Counted from the first letter of the stretch, positions 17,301-32,200 are shown. The stretch is 64,000 bases of DNA from Paraspadella gotoi (GCA_051294375.1 CM119266.1:176636-240635), one strand, 5' to 3'. Program-made: numbers and translations. Notes: generated from the letters alone by a model not told the origin.

Positions 17301-18919
17301 AATTAGCAAAGGCCTTCTGAGCCGGATGTTTGTTGATCATTCTCACGGAGGCGCGTCCGGTCCGAGTTACCCCTTGCACATCGCCCCTGCGGTAATTCTG
17401 ATCGTATGACCCCGAGCCAACGATTCCTGGCATGGCAACGTAGCCCGCCTTCGCTATCATCCCCACCCCTGCGACAATTTGGCCCTGTCCCTCCTTACTA
17501 GCCCCAGTGGATCCAACCAGACCCGGAATGGCTACGTAGCCAAGTTGGCCCGGTTGTTTCAAGGAGCCCAATTTTCCCCTGACCAAATCGCCCCGCGCCG
17601 ATTCGATCTCTGGCATGTTTTCCCCCATGGCGACTTCTCCCACCTGACCCTTGCCGGTTCTTTGGTCGAAGCGTCCTTCCACCGCCACGCCCCTTGCCGG
17701 CCCAGCGTACTCCTCCACGGCTTCGCCCTCGGTCCCGTCCAGACCCAGATAGTCCCGTCGACTTTTGAGGATTATGTCCACGTAACCGGCGATTAGACGT
17801 GCGATATTGTCGCCCTCGTCCGTTTGGACGGCGTAGTAGGCGTCGGCGTATTCGCCAAAGTCGAGAGTGAACGTGGTCGGACTAGCGGCCCATCGCTTCA
17901 CCATTGTGAGTTGCCATTCCTGTGGACGAGAAAATCGTTCATTATGTGATATTTTTATAAAATGATTCTTTCATTCATAAAATCCCTGATTTATGCGCTC
18001 ATGAATTTCTATAATTGAATTGATTAAATTGATTAATCAATTAATTTAATTTAATTTAATTTAATTTAATTCACTTTAATTTTTTATTTAATTAATACAT
18101 TTTAATCATTTAATATTAATAATAATTTTTAAATTCTCTAAATTTTTCAAGTTATCATTCAAAGACCAAATAAATATTATTTCATCTCATAATTTTCGGA
18201 ATTGTAGTGTTTTTTATTTTTCTTAAGTTTAATGATTTAAGTTTTATATTTTACTAAGTGATTGCAGGTACAGCGTTTTCTCATTAATTTGTTGAAACCG
18301 GCATTTTGTAATATTTTGACATCAAATTCAATTTCAATTGAATAAGTTGTAATTCTTCAATGGAATTATTAACGAAATTCAACTTTTGTTTAAAAAAGCC
18401 CAAAAAAGGCCAAAAAAGGCCAAAAAAGGCCCAAAAAATCCTTAGACAATCTTTCGTCTCAATTCTTATACCTTGAGGATCTCCTTGGTGTTAATGTCCA
18501 GCTTCATGACCGCATTCTTGGAGACTCCTAGCAACCGGGCGACCAGCTTGTTGGCGCCCTGCATCTTCTCTTTAATGAGGAAGAAGGTGATCCCGTATGT
18601 CGGCAGTCCCCTGGCCGTCCAGCAGTAATCCTGCTTGGCCTGCAGGTCAGTGTAGCCTGTGTACTTCTTGTGTTCGTTGAAGATTTTCTTGTCCATTCCG
18701 CGCGATTTGACATATTCTTTGGGAATGAACTCGGACAGCGTTAGGAGGCTTTTTCTGGATGAGAAGAAACAAATATTTATTTTTTTATTTTTTATTTATT
18801 TATTTATTTGTGTTTTTATTATTATTATTAATTATTTGATTTATTGTATTATTTATTTATTTATTTTTTATTAATTTATTTTAGATTTATTTATTAATTT
18901 ATATTTATTATTTTTTTTT

Positions 18920-18955
<36 letters not shown>

Positions 18956-20920
18956 TTTAGCTTTAGACAAACCGACTTCGAATTGACTATCTGGCTCGAC
19001 AGACCAAGGAAAAGACAGAATGTAAACAAATTGTCACCCTAACCAAAACAAATTTATGTAATGAAAATGTACTTGTGTTTGGAAGGATTATGATCGCCGA
19101 ATTTAATTTGCGCTTGAATTCCCGCGAATTTGATGCTTTGTTCCAAAGATACAGGGTGCGTTCCTTTCAAAATGCCTTCCCTACAAGAAGAAAAGATTTG
19201 TCAGCGATTTAAAAAAATAATAAACTCTGGAAGACTATGCCGCCAGTAGTGAACCAGTAGTACTTTGGCTTGGGAACGAGAATGTAATATTTTATACGAC
19301 AACACGGCTGTAAGATCTTCGCTTGTTCTTTGTTCGGACCTGCACTGTTCGTACAGCAGATTCAACTGCTTCGGATCGGACGAGTTGATGTTTTGATCGG
19401 AGAAGAAGAATTTCCTCTTGAGAAGGAGAGTCGTGTCCTGAGAGATGGGGAAGGGTTGACCCGCGAGAGTCGTCCCGGGGTCCAGCCACTTGACGTCGTC
19501 GTCTGAGGCAAGGGAGGTTTGGATTAGGGAGGGAGAGAGGGGAGGAAAGATGGGAGGGATAGGAGGTAGGAAATTGACAAGAAGGGGGGAGAGAGAGGAG
19601 AAAAGAGAGGAAGGAGGTATGAAGGAGAAAAAAAATAAAAAAGGCGAAAAAGCGAGGGAAATAAAAAGTGAAAATTCGGAGAAAATAAGAAGGAAAAGGA
19701 ATTGAAGAATAATGACACAATGCAAGAAAAAAAAAGATAAGATGGAAGGAAAGGAAAGGCAAGCACGGTGAAATGGAATGAGGGTAGAGCAAAGGGTAAT
19801 CAGAACTAAAATCCGTCACTAGGTATTTACTGGGAAGAAAAAACAAAGTATTCGTTGTATTACGTAGTAGTGGAAAAAATTAGAAAACAATTCTTAAAAG
19901 TTTTTACAAGTCTACAGAAAGGGATAGTAAATCTGACAAAACTGAGAGTCAGACGGACGGACGGATCAGTCTACACCGCCTGGCACCGCCAGGTACCGTC
20001 AGGCACCTGTCTTGACGGCCTTCTTCAACTCGGCGTGGCGGCGCTCGTGTCTCGACATCGTCGCCATCTTCTCTTTCTCGGCCGCTTCGTCCTCTTGGAT
20101 CTCCAGAATGAGGGAGTATTCTTCGTGGTTGGCTGGTCGTAGATCAATTAAACAATCGATTAATCAATCAACCCATCAATTAGACAATAAATCAATCAGT
20201 CCGTGGAAAAACCAATCTATTTATCGAACAATCCATTAGTCGATGAAATAATCAATCACTCAATCAATCTTTAATTTACAAATCAAAAAATTCATCAAAC
20301 AAACTATAGATAAATCAATCAATCAAGGGACTAATGAATAAGGCAATAAATTTATCAAATCAACCAATGAACCAATCAATGAATCTCACCGATGCCGATC
20401 TTCGAACAGATGCTGATCATGAGTTGAGCGACTGTTTCGCTCTCGCTGACTTGCAGAGCCTTCACCGCGCCGTCCAACATTCGGACTCGAAGGATGCGGA
20501 TCTGTGGAGGGGAGGCCCGGCGGAGGGGTTTAAAGGGGTGTTGGGGGATTTGTCAGAGTGGATGGAGGGATTGGCTATTTTAGTCTGTTTTAGTAATGTA
20601 ACAATGGTAATTAGCTAGCTTTCGTTCTCCGTCATTTAAGTCAGTTTCCCATTTAGTCATTCTTAAAACGATGCGCTTATTTGAGAGTTGTTAAACGAAT
20701 CAAAAAGAAAAAAAGCTGCATCTTTCGGGTGAGTTTCAATTATTCCTCACCTTTTTCTTAAACTGGATGACGTCGCCGTCTTTGAGGAGGTAATGTTTGA
20801 GTGGCTTGGAAGACTCCAACCAAATTCCCAGCGCGCCCGCCGTGGACGACGACGACGACGACGACGAAGACGATGGGGGAAGGAAAATTCCATAGTTGGG
20901 TTCGTCGGAGGGATTCCAGC
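11338..20920 (-). CDS. TLN: Talin (FERM head, rod, I/LWEQ actin-binding domain). Exons 20751-20920, 20390-20501, 20007-20132, 19340-19502, 19073-19180, 18472-18754, 11338-17919; first coding exon not located
   Basis: Head motifs LRVRMLDGAVK, NHEEYSL, LKRKFFFSDQNINSSDPKQLNLLYEQ, LPTYGITFFLIKEKMQG, VKRWAASPTTFTLDFGEY and LIAGYVDIILK. C-terminal DWVNPDDPTVIAERDLL...LNFEEQILEAAKAI...WSKGLVSAA. All joins are GT-AG and in phase. Confidence 0.96.
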
Positions 20921-21504
20921 CTGGGATTTAAAAGATGATGATGAGGATAAGAGAGCGAGAAAGTGAAGGGGAAAAGAAAAGAAGGAAGATCTGCCTTCGG
21001 GAGAAAATAAAAAGATTAAAAGGAAGAAAGGAAATAAGAGATAATAGGATAAGATGATTCGATTAGAAAATGAAGGGAGAGAAAAAGAAAGTTACAGGAG
21101 AAGAAGAAAGGGAGGAAACCAAGATGAAAGAAGAGGTAGAGATTGTAAAAATATCGTAAAAAGATTGTAGGCAGAACCTGAAATAGCCATAGCCATAGCC
21201 TGTCCGAAGTCAGGGTCAAGATAGCAGGTTTATTGAATGAATAATTTTATGTCGATTGTAATGGAAGTAGGAAAGGAATCCAAACAGAGAGAAAGAATAA
21301 ACGAATAAAGAGACAAAAAAGGAAGAAAAGTAAAGAGGCAAAAGAGTTAACCTTTTAGCGGAAGCAAACCGACGCAAAAGCCTCCGTTTAAGATTTTGCT
21401 CGATTAACTTTGGCGCAATGACTGTGGAGTGTTTAGTGTGAGTGTTGAGTGTGGAAAGTGGACTGTGGTGACCGGTAAATTGATCGAAGTATGAATATTA
21501 AATA

Positions 21505-21692
21505 GGTGCAACCAATATAAAAATTATCCATTCATTTAATAAATAAGCTATCTTGCCCCTGACTTTGGACATAACAGGTCCCTCCAAGCTTTCAATTAAG
21601 ACTTTCTCACAGTCTCGTTTATTCACTCCCAGAGTGACTGGCTTCCCTATCAATGAAGTGGTATAAAGTTTCAAAGAATGTTTCAATTGTAT
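21505..21692 (+). repeat. Dispersed repeat, direct copy of ~55731-55963
   Basis: Shared CAACCAATATAAAAATTATCCATTCATTTAATAAATAAGC...TTTCAAAGAATGTTTCAATTGTAT. The second copy has an extra ~46 bp bounded by GACA. Confidence 0.85.
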
Positions 21693-21965
21693 GAAAAGTT
21701 CATTCTACTTTGAAACAACAATTTACGTTACTATAGTCTATACTTTAATGCAAAACAAAATTTTTTGAATAGTTATTAATAGCGTTTCAGCTGTTCAAGT
21801 CTGTTCCTTGTTCAATATCTTTGCGCAAGTTATTCTAATGACAAAATTAACACAAATCAATGTCAAATTTTTAATGGTGTAGATGACAACGATTAGATTT
21901 CTAATTTCTCTAGAAGTGAACTCACGAAACAAATCAGTTTTCCTGTCATTGACGGCATTGTGACT

Positions 21966-22082
<117 letters not shown>

Positions 22083-22881
22083 TCTGGGCGAAGAAAAGAA
22101 GAAAAAAAAACCCCAACGTTCTTAACCATTTCGTCACTGAGGTTTCTTTCTTTCATTCGCGCTTTTCACGGTTTTTGATCTTGGGACCGAGAATGGGAAG
22201 GTTAGCAGTGCCGGATTGCATTGCCAGTTTTGCAGTGCCAGTGAGGTTCACCGACCCGACCAGAATCGGTGGGTACATTCGGGCCAAAGGCGGTGGTTAG
22301 TCTTGGGGGGGGGACAACGTTGGCCAAGATGGTAGACAAGACGGGGGAGAGAAAATTGGCTTCATTAGGTGAGGGCAAGATTGATAGTTCACGGATGGAG
22401 GGGAGGAGGAGGAGGAGGAGGAGGAGGAGGAGAGGGGAGAGAGTGAGTTGTGAATGTTGGGTAAGTGCGTGGGAGGACTTGGAAAGGGAAATAGGAGATA
22501 ATAATGAAAGGTTTACCAAAAAAGACGAGAAAAGGTGAAGAAAGAGAGAAAAGAATAGAAAAAGAAAAGAAAAGAAAAGAGAGTAAATGAATGAATAATA
22601 AAGGAAAAAACTACGATTGCTAAGTGAATAAGAAAAAAAAATCCGTGAGACGACGAAACACACAAAAAAAACGTGAGACACGAAACACATGATGTGAATC
22701 TCTTTAAATTTCTCTACTATTTTCTCGCTACATTAACCTAAATCGGGACGACGACGGCGACGACGACGACGGCGACGACGACGTTTAGCCGACATCTTTG
22801 CCGCCAAAATCTTTTTTTTTTCGGCCGACGAAATCGCCGACTCTTATTTCGCTCGATCTCGATCAAGTGAACATCATTTGT

Positions 22882-22921
<40 letters not shown>

Positions 22922-23801
22922 TCGTCATCTTCTCTGATATTTGGGGCAGAAGAAAACGAAGGAGGCAGAGGAGATGAGTACGACACGAAAATTCCGATCG
23001 AAAAAAATAGTCGCGGCCATTATCTTCCCTTAGCGAAGAAAGGAGGGGAGGAAAAAGGAGGAAAGGTAGGAAGGAAAGGAAAAGGAAAGTGAAAAAGTGA
23101 AAAAGAGAAAAGGAAAGAAACAAGAGTAAGAGAAAAAGTAAAAATGGAGTAAAGGAATGAAGTAAAAAGGAAAAAATAAAAAAAAGAAGAAAAAGAAAAA
23201 GAAACGATAGGTAGGAAGGAAAGAAAAAGAAAAGGAAAAAATGAGGAAAGGAAAGGGAAAAGAAGGAAAGAAGTGAAAAAGAGTAAAGGACAGAAGAATA
23301 AAAATGAAGACAGGTAGGAGAGAAGAAAGGATTGCAGAGAGAGAGAGAGAGAAAGAATTGACAAGTCTATTCCAATATTCCATTACATAAAGTCACATCA
23401 TTCCAAAACATGAATTCTATCACTGATCAATATTCAACATCACTTCACATCATTTTGAATCACTTTGAATCACCGCTCGTGAAAATCTTTCGATCGACTG
23501 ACGATCATTATCGTCGCCCAGGCGAAAAAAATACTCCCACTCGGCGTTAAGCCCGTGGGGAGGCCATCTCACTCTCTCTCTAACTCTCTTTTTCTCCTTC
23601 TTACTGTCTCTCTCTCACTCTCTCCCTCTCTCCCTCCCTCTCCCTCTCTCTCAAGCGGGCTACCCCGTTAGGAGACCCAGGGTTCAAACGCGTGGATCTA
23701 ATGATGCTTCGTTGTTGGATTTGCGAGTGGGCAGAGAGAGAGAGGATAGAGAGAGCAGAGAGAGAGAGAGAGAGAGAGAGACGAGAGAGAGAGAGAGAGA
23801 G

Positions 23802-23838
<37 letters not shown>

Positions 23839-24022
23839 AATATAAATATCGAGTGCTATTATACTTATTTTTATTATTATTATCGTCGCCTTCTGACGGT
23901 TTTTTGATCGCAGCAAAGTCTTTATAATGGTCTGAGTTGAAATTCGCTTGGGAAAAAACGAGCGAAAGAGAGAGAGAGAGAGATGATGAGAGGAGAGAGA
24001 GAGAGCAGAGAGAGAGAGAGAA

Positions 24023-24090
<68 letters not shown>

Positions 24091-24436
24091 AAGGGAGACA
24101 ATCAATCGCTTAAACAGTAATTTAAGCAAAGAAATTTGTAAATATAAAACAACATCAAAACAGCAACAACCAAAAAATAACAACAACAACAACAACAGCA
24201 ACAACAACAACGACGACGACGACAGTCTCTTGAACCTCGAAAAAAGGAAAAAAAACTTTTCCGTCTAAACTGAAAATATAAATCTCCAACTTTGTCCGTA
24301 CATCCGTCCATCCGCTCGTCAGTCCGTTCGTCGGTCCATCCATTTTGATCGAGAAAAAAAAAGCATCATTTTCGTTGATGACGAGTTTGTTGTTGATGAT
24401 GTCGACGGCAGCGTCGGCGGCGGCGGCGTCGGCAGC

Positions 24437-24815
24437 NNNNNNNNNNNNNNNNNNNNNNNNNNNNNNNNNNNNNNNNNNNNNNNNNNNNNNNNNNNNNNNN
24501 NNNNNNNNNNNNNNNNNNNNNNNNNNNNNNNNNNNNTCATAATATTAACTGTATATAATGGCAACGGGGGTCCATGTGGACTTTAGACCTGCAGTGACCT
24601 CCCCATCTCACTGGCGTGTTTATGCCGACACCATCACACTTTAACCANNNNNNNNNNNNNNNNNNNNNNNNNNNNNNNNNNNNNNNNNNNNNNNNNNNNN
24701 NNNNNNNNNNNNNNNNNNNNNNNNNNNNNNNNNNNNNNNNNNNNNNNNNNNNNNNNNNNNNNNNNNNNNNNNNNNNNNNNNNNNNNNNNNNNNNNNNNNN
24801 NNNNNNNNNNNNNNN
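24437..24815. other. Assembly gaps: 100 N at 24437-24536 and 168 N at 24648-24815 (another 10 N at 47272-47281)
   Basis: Runs of N. Confidence 1.
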
Positions 24816-25194
24816 ACCAAGCTATACGGGAGGTGAATTTAGGATTCGCCACAATATTTTATTAGTTTCCCTGCATTCCACTTTAGCGGAAAAACGCGCG
24901 ACGAAATTTTCGAATCCGATTATCCAAAGACGATGATTCTCATTTATCACAGAGGATTTCGCCTTTTGTCAATAACCTGAATCCAGCGCTCTCTATCGTC
25001 GAAAAACAGAACTCGATTTGAGTCTCATTACAAATATAAACAAAAGTGCTTCTCTCTAGTTTCTTTGCAATGAATAACCTCGATGGAAGAAAGCAAAATA
25101 AGTTTATGTATCTAAAAGAAATGTAATTTTTATTATGTTCAGACCTTACCACATTAATACTTACCCGCCCCGCCCCCCCTCCCCGCGATTCCAG

Positions 25195-25956
25195 GTTTCT
25201 GAAAAAATCGGGATCGCGTTTCTCACGATTCCATTCATCCCCGTTTTGTGCCTCATCTATTTTTTCTTTCCTAACTCAAAGGTAAGTTCGTGGGTCAGTC
25301 TCTTTTCTACATTTCGACAGGCAAAGTGAGTTTGATTGATTGATTCCCCCCATTCCAGATTGGACAGGCCATGCGATGTCCCATGTTCAAGTTCATGCTC
25401 AACACCCTGTCGCACATGATGTTTATCGGATTCCTCATCGTCGCCACATTCTCTCATCCGCCGGAAGACGTCGCCGCGCCCACCTTTGGAGACGCACTCT
25501 TTTACGACGGAGTGGAGTGAGAAGAGGGGGGCGGGTGAAGGCTGGGGGGGAGTAAGGGGTGGTTTATGACAAGGGGAAGGAGTCTTGGGGAAGAATGGAA
25601 TCGGAGCAGTATGTGCAGGGGAAAAGCCTATGTGAAGATCTAGGTAGGGGAGGGAGAATAAAGAGAAAAATCTTAAAAGCAATAGAAATCGAGCCAGCTT
25701 TCGATGGTAACCAAATATTATATGCGATGATAACTATAATATTGAAATCTTGCGATGATAACCAATAATTGATGTGATGATATAAAATATTGACTGATGT
25801 GATGATAATCAAATGATTGATGCGATGATAGTCATTCATTGATGTGATGATAATCATTCATTGATATGATGATAATCATTCATTGATGCGATGATAGTCA
25901 TGATTGACCGATGATCATTCATCGTAAATAAAACAAACAAATGCGTGTATGATGAA

Positions 25957-25987
<31 letters not shown>

Positions 25988-26181
25988 AGGAGAGAGAAGA
26001 GAGAGAGAGAAAGAGTGAGAGAGGCTGGTCAGTTTCACTTCGTTTATAAAAGTATAATCAGAATTTTAGAAAAAAAATTCACGAAAATCTCGGATGTAAA
26101 TTTGGGATTTTGTATGAGAAAAAATCGCGGAATAAATGGCGAAATAAATAGAAAAGAAAAAAGAGAGAAAGAAGAGAGAGT

Positions 26182-26216
<35 letters not shown>

Positions 26217-27365
26217 GAGAGAGTGAGAAAGATAGAGAGAGAGCTGGACCGTCCTGCAGAGCTAAACTCGTTTTTTTCGACGAATATCGTGAGTAGGGAC
26301 GAACTCTTTCCTTTCCTTTGAATGATAATTTTTAGATTGTTCTTTTTTTTAGAAGAAACCAGGAACCGAGGTCAAATGGGTTCATATTGCGATTTAACTA
26401 AATATAATATTTTCCCAACTCGAAATAATTATTATTTTAAAGAAATATAAAAATGATATTAAATATATACACTAATAAATAATTATACATCTCTAAATAT
26501 GTGTAATAATAATATATATAGAATAACAATATAAAGAGTAATGTTTTTAGATTTGACAAATATCTCTCTTCTCAACTCCTATTTTAGATATATTTGCCAA
26601 TAGTGTGGCGACCGCCGTCAAAGTTACAGTAATAAACAAAAACAAAAAAAAATTTTTTTTGTTAGAAAGTTATATATGCTATATATTTATATTAGCATAT
26701 GTTATATGTTATATGCTATATATGTTTATATATGTTATATATTTTTTGGTATTAATAAAAAAAAAAAAAAAAAAAAATATATGCAATTAAATTAATCCGC
26801 GCAATTGCCGACATATAGCCAGCTATATGTACAGCAGCAAGCCTGATGCTACATGTGACATTGCCTGCATTATAAGTTATTTTTCCTTTTTTCTAAAAGA
26901 ATCCATGAAAATCTTGGATGTAAATTTGGGATTTTGTATAGAGAAAAAAAAATAAATGGCGATAATAAAAGTTTTTAGAAGGAAAAAAATAATAAGAATT
27001 TTTCAAAAAGCGAACGGTCTTACATAGAGAGAGAGACAGAGGAGAGAGAGAGAGAGTGAAAAAAAAAGTGACTGAAAATTTTTTTTTGTAAAAAAAAAAG
27101 AGAGAGAGAGAGATAGAGAGAGCCGAAACTCGTTTTACTCGTCGCGCAGCGACGGAGGTGAAAAAAAGGTGACTAAAAATTATTTTTGTACAAAAAAAAA
27201 GAGATAGAAAGAGAGAAAGAGAGAGAGAGACAGATAGAGAGAAAGATAGAGAGAGAGAGAGAAGAGAGAGAGCCGGAACTCGTTTACTCGTTTACAAGTG
27301 AATAAATTTTTTTTTGTAAAAAAAAAAAAGAGAGAGAGAGGAGAGAGAGAAGAGAGAGGAGAGAG

Positions 27366-27451
<86 letters not shown>

Positions 27452-27784
27452 TTCCCGCCAACGATACGCAATATTAGGTCACTCTTGTTTATATCGGCGT
27501 GATCCGGTCAAGTTGATTTTTTTTATACACGTAACGCGTTATTAGGTCATGTTCCTCGACATTGTTTACTCGTTGCCCGCAACGGCCACGAAATCCAGGT
27601 CAAGTAAGTTATTCTTCACATTTTCTCAAAAAAATCCACGAAAATTCAGATGTAAATTTGGGATTTTGTATTGAGAAAGAAGCGCGGAATAAATGGCGAT
27701 AATAAAAGTTTTTAGAAGAAAGAAATAATAAGAATTTTTTCAAAAAACGGTGGGTAAAACAAAGTGAATAATTCTTTTTTTTGT

Positions 27785-27845
<61 letters not shown>

Positions 27846-28641
27846 GGAGGGAGACGGAGGGAGAGAGAGAGAGAGCCTGAACTCGTTTTTTTTTAAACGA
27901 TTCAGAAAAGGCAGCGCCTGATCAAATATATATGTTTTTTAGAAAGAAAAAAATAATCAGAATTTTTCAAAAAAACGAACGATCACGCAAGAGATCGCAC
28001 ACAAAGAGAGACAGAGAGAAACTGAACTCGGTTTTTAAACGATTCAGAAAAGGCAGCGCCATAAAAAAAAATATATATAATTAAAAATAAATAAAAGAAA
28101 GGCAAAAAATGTTACAGTGGGTTACAATTGGAACTTTTCCAATTGTTTCCAATCGCAGCTTGTAAAAGATTTTATTTTTATTTGTATTAAAATTAAGATA
28201 TAGCTTCTCATTAAAAAAATCTTTGAGTTCCCATTTTTATTAGAAATTTAAAAAATTTTTTTTAATTTCATCTTCAATATTATATACTGCAATATGTAAA
28301 TTAGCTTTAAAGCATTTCTATATACTAATTTGGATATTATAATGAGTACTATAATCTCATTTGCATATTGCAGTAAATCATAATGAAGTGGAAATTCAAA
28401 CAAAAAAATACTTAAATCCAAATGTAATAAGAAAATATCAAAGCTATTTCAAGTTGAGAAGCCATATCTAATTTTTTAACTTACTATGATCGCACACTTT
28501 TGTAAAACTTTATAATATTTTCATTAATAATTTTTATTTAAAAAAAAAACGGTAAGTCCCAGCCAAACTATAAAAGCGCAGTAGTTTTTATACAAAAAGC
28601 GTTACGCGACGCGACGACGACGACGACGACGCGACGACGAC

Positions 28642-28720
<79 letters not shown>

Positions 28721-28727
28721 ACGACGC

Positions 28728-28807
<80 letters not shown>

Positions 28808-29070
28808 ACGCGACACAAAGAAGCAATACTAAAACATTATAGAGCCTGACCCGGCTTCGCCGGTCATGGCTCGATAAATAAAGAGAATAAAGAGAATAAA
28901 GAGAATAAAGAGTGAATGACAAAATTCGATCACACGCTTCTATAATCTCCATTCGGTGAGCAAAAGTGTGAGAAATGAAAAAAGGGAGAGAATGACGGAA
29001 AAGTCGATAGAAGTCGTGAATTTGTTGTTGTTGTTGTTGCTGTTTTTGTTGTTGTTGTTATTGTTGTTGT

Positions 29071-29143
<73 letters not shown>

Positions 29144-29219
29144 CGCGTTCACGCAATCTTTGTGAGTCTCTGCGGATGGAAAACTGAGTCAATCACTTCG
29201 TCTCTTTTAATAATTTCGA

Positions 29220-29255
<36 letters not shown>

Positions 29256-32200
29256 CGAATTTCCCGCCAGAAAATGATATTTTGGTCGAGGAATGTTGAA
29301 TGGAATAATTTGAAATAGATCGTGCGTTGTCAGTTGATTTCGGTGAATGACATAAAATGTTCTAATCTATTAACTGCTGGTGCACATAAAAGACGTTAAA
29401 CGATTGTGAATTTTTTATTTATTGTGCCTTTGGCTCAGATTTCTAACCTAATTAAAATTTATTAAATTCATTAATTGTATCGCATTTTGGGCAATGTACA
29501 CTTGCACACTTGTACAAGTGTACAAGTGAACTTTTTTGACGTAAAATTACTATTTCAGCATTGTGAAATTATTCCATCACTCTTCCTTCAATCACTTTTT
29601 CGCTTTCAGTCCTTTCACCATCGGTCTGGATCGACGAGTCTGAACTTAGCGTCTCATTTGTATGACGACACCATCCAATTCAGGGTCACGATTATTGGGG
29701 GGCGGGGAAAGAGAGAGAGAGAGCGCAGAAAGGGATCCTTTTTGATATTGAAAAAGAAATGTGGGGGAGAGAGAAAGAGAGAGATAGACTAGTAAGTTAT
29801 TAATTTACGAAAAGCAACTACAATACAAACACCTAATTCCAAATAAAATACCTGATATAGTTTAAACTTTGTAGGTTATTTTTCTAGCGCCAACTCCCCT
29901 CTGCCTCTCCCAGATGGAACTGCAGCCTTCCGCCCGCCTTCGCCTTAAACGCCACATGCGATGACAAATTCTGTCCGCGCGCCGCTTGGAATCGCGTGCG
30001 TACGGAACTGAGAGGCACCGAGGGGTGGTTGACCGTTCAGTACGTCATCATCATCTGGGTCTTTGGTAAGGACGTATTAGTGGTAAGGTGGAGAGCGTGA
30101 TTGGCGGGTTGTTGTCTCACCTCTCGGTTTTACGCATCTGTTATTTTTCGTTTTTTGTTTGTTTTTTTTTGCGGGAAAATTGGCAAAATTGGAAAGTTTT
30201 CTAAAATTTTGTCGCCAGGAGAAAAAAAAGGGAAACGACGAAAAAAAATTGCTCGAGGAAAAATTAAACTTTTGGCTTTTGGCGAAACTTTAAGGTCGAA
30301 AGGAGGGAACGAAAGTTGGGAAATTTCGCGTTGAGCCTCGGGGCTTTGGTAGTCGACGCGGTTATTATCTAAATAAATTCAATTTATGTAGTAGTTAATA
30401 TTGTTAAAAAGTTTTCTTCTTTCCTAACCCTATTCGATAAATTCGAAAATAATATTAAACTAAAGTAAAATAAAAAAACAAACAAACATTTCAGCACAAG
30501 CCTATAAAATTGAGTCGTTCAGCGACATTTTCTCCTCTTCCTTCCCTTAGGCCTCCTCTTCACCGAATGTTGTCAAGTCTACCGCGTCGGCATCTGCGAC
30601 TACATCAAAGATCTCTACAACATCATCGACACTGCTGTTGTCGTCCTCTACTTCGCCTCCTACACGGCGAAGATCATCTCCAACATCGAGTGTCGTCAGG
30701 CCTTGGAGGATCTGGGCAAGGGGTTCTTTCTGGTAATAATACTCTCGATATATAGTAATATATTTGAATATATAAACATTCTATCATAAAGTATTGCGGT
30801 TACATTATATTTTAGAAAGGAGCGATGTGCGTGGATTTACTCGAGGCGGCGACCCCCGAACGATGCGTTTTCCATCACAAACTCTTCCAAGTTTTTTGGG
30901 AAGGAACGTCGGGTAGCTGTGTGGGTATGAGGAACGCTACGCAAGCCAGGGTAAGAAAAAATGAAATAAATAAATGAACGAATAAATGAATGAATATATG
31001 AATGAATATATCGTTGACGTTTAGTCAAATAACGAGGGTAAATAATAAGTGGTAAAGTATTTGCTTGAATGATAGTTTATTAATGACGGACAATGATTAG
31101 GGTGATGACATAGGTAACGATGACACGATGACAAAGGTTAAGACTAAGGCGATGACTATATTAAACAGTTCAATAATTATTTGAAGAAGTGTTCTTTCTT
31201 GAGTTTGGATGTTGAGGTGAATGCCGAGAGTTCTCTTAGCAATTTTGACCTTCAATCCCTCCGTCGATTCCTCTGTCGGTCATTGGTCATTCAAAGGTTG
31301 AAGTAAGGTCTGTGATTCGTCGGCATTCTGATGATTCGTGAAGAAGACGAGCAATCACATCACTAGGCCAACCAAGTCCGTTTATAGTTCCATTCCGTTG
31401 ATGATATGAATGAATATATTGAAGAGACAGTAATTATTGATATGTGTTAGTGACAGAACGGTTCAATATAAGCAGTCGCTGAGTCGCTGAGCTACGGATC
31501 AGGCTGTAACACCATGTTACAGGCGGGTTAAGAGCCCCGTCTCTCTAACTGCTAGGCGACCACCGGGCTAGAACCCCGGACCTTTGGATTGGGAGGCGAA
31601 TGACTTGCCTCCGGCACCAATGGCCGCTGATGAACGATTGGTGGATCTTAGTCCACCATAATATGAATGAATATTTGAAGCAATCAATCTATCAATTAAT
31701 TCATAGCTCAGTCATAATCAATGATAACCATTCAAACAATCAAATCAATCAATCAATCAATTGTTTTTTCATCTCAGAACGACGTGAGAGATTTTGCGCT
31801 CGGTGTCCTCAACGACACAACGATTCCTTTCAAGACGAGATATTTTCTTCTCGCCTGTGAGTTTTTTTTCCTTGTTTTCTCTGGGAAGTGTTTTTTTTTT
31901 GTTTTGTTAAATATTTATGTTGAAATTTATTAATTTTGTTACTTTGAATCTTTTTTTTCTTTTTTTTCGGACTTATTCTTTCGTTGCGTTTAGTCTTTAG
32001 AATTTAGGATCAAATGAAGGATTTTGTTTTCTTTACAGTCAACGAAATTTGTTTATTTTAAAAAGAATACGTACAATGAAAATGTTTCGGCGAATACATG
32101 TTCGCGTTCATGAAGACTAACATATTAAGCGAAACATGTAAGTTTTCTTTTTAAAATAAATTTCATTTGATCCTAAACCAAGTGTTTCTCAAACTTCGTC

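Noticed and set aside
11341-17796. Many plus-strand ORFs overlapping talin
   Set aside because: Antisense shadows of the long talin exon.
28568-29260. Poly-V/S/R/I/M ORFs
   Set aside because: (GAC)n, (GAT)n and (TTG)n trinucleotide repeats in a TRPC intron.
31605-31645. CTGATGA next to a hairpin in the SINE, suggesting a hammerhead ribozyme
   Set aside because: No downstream GAAA or stem III in either full copy.
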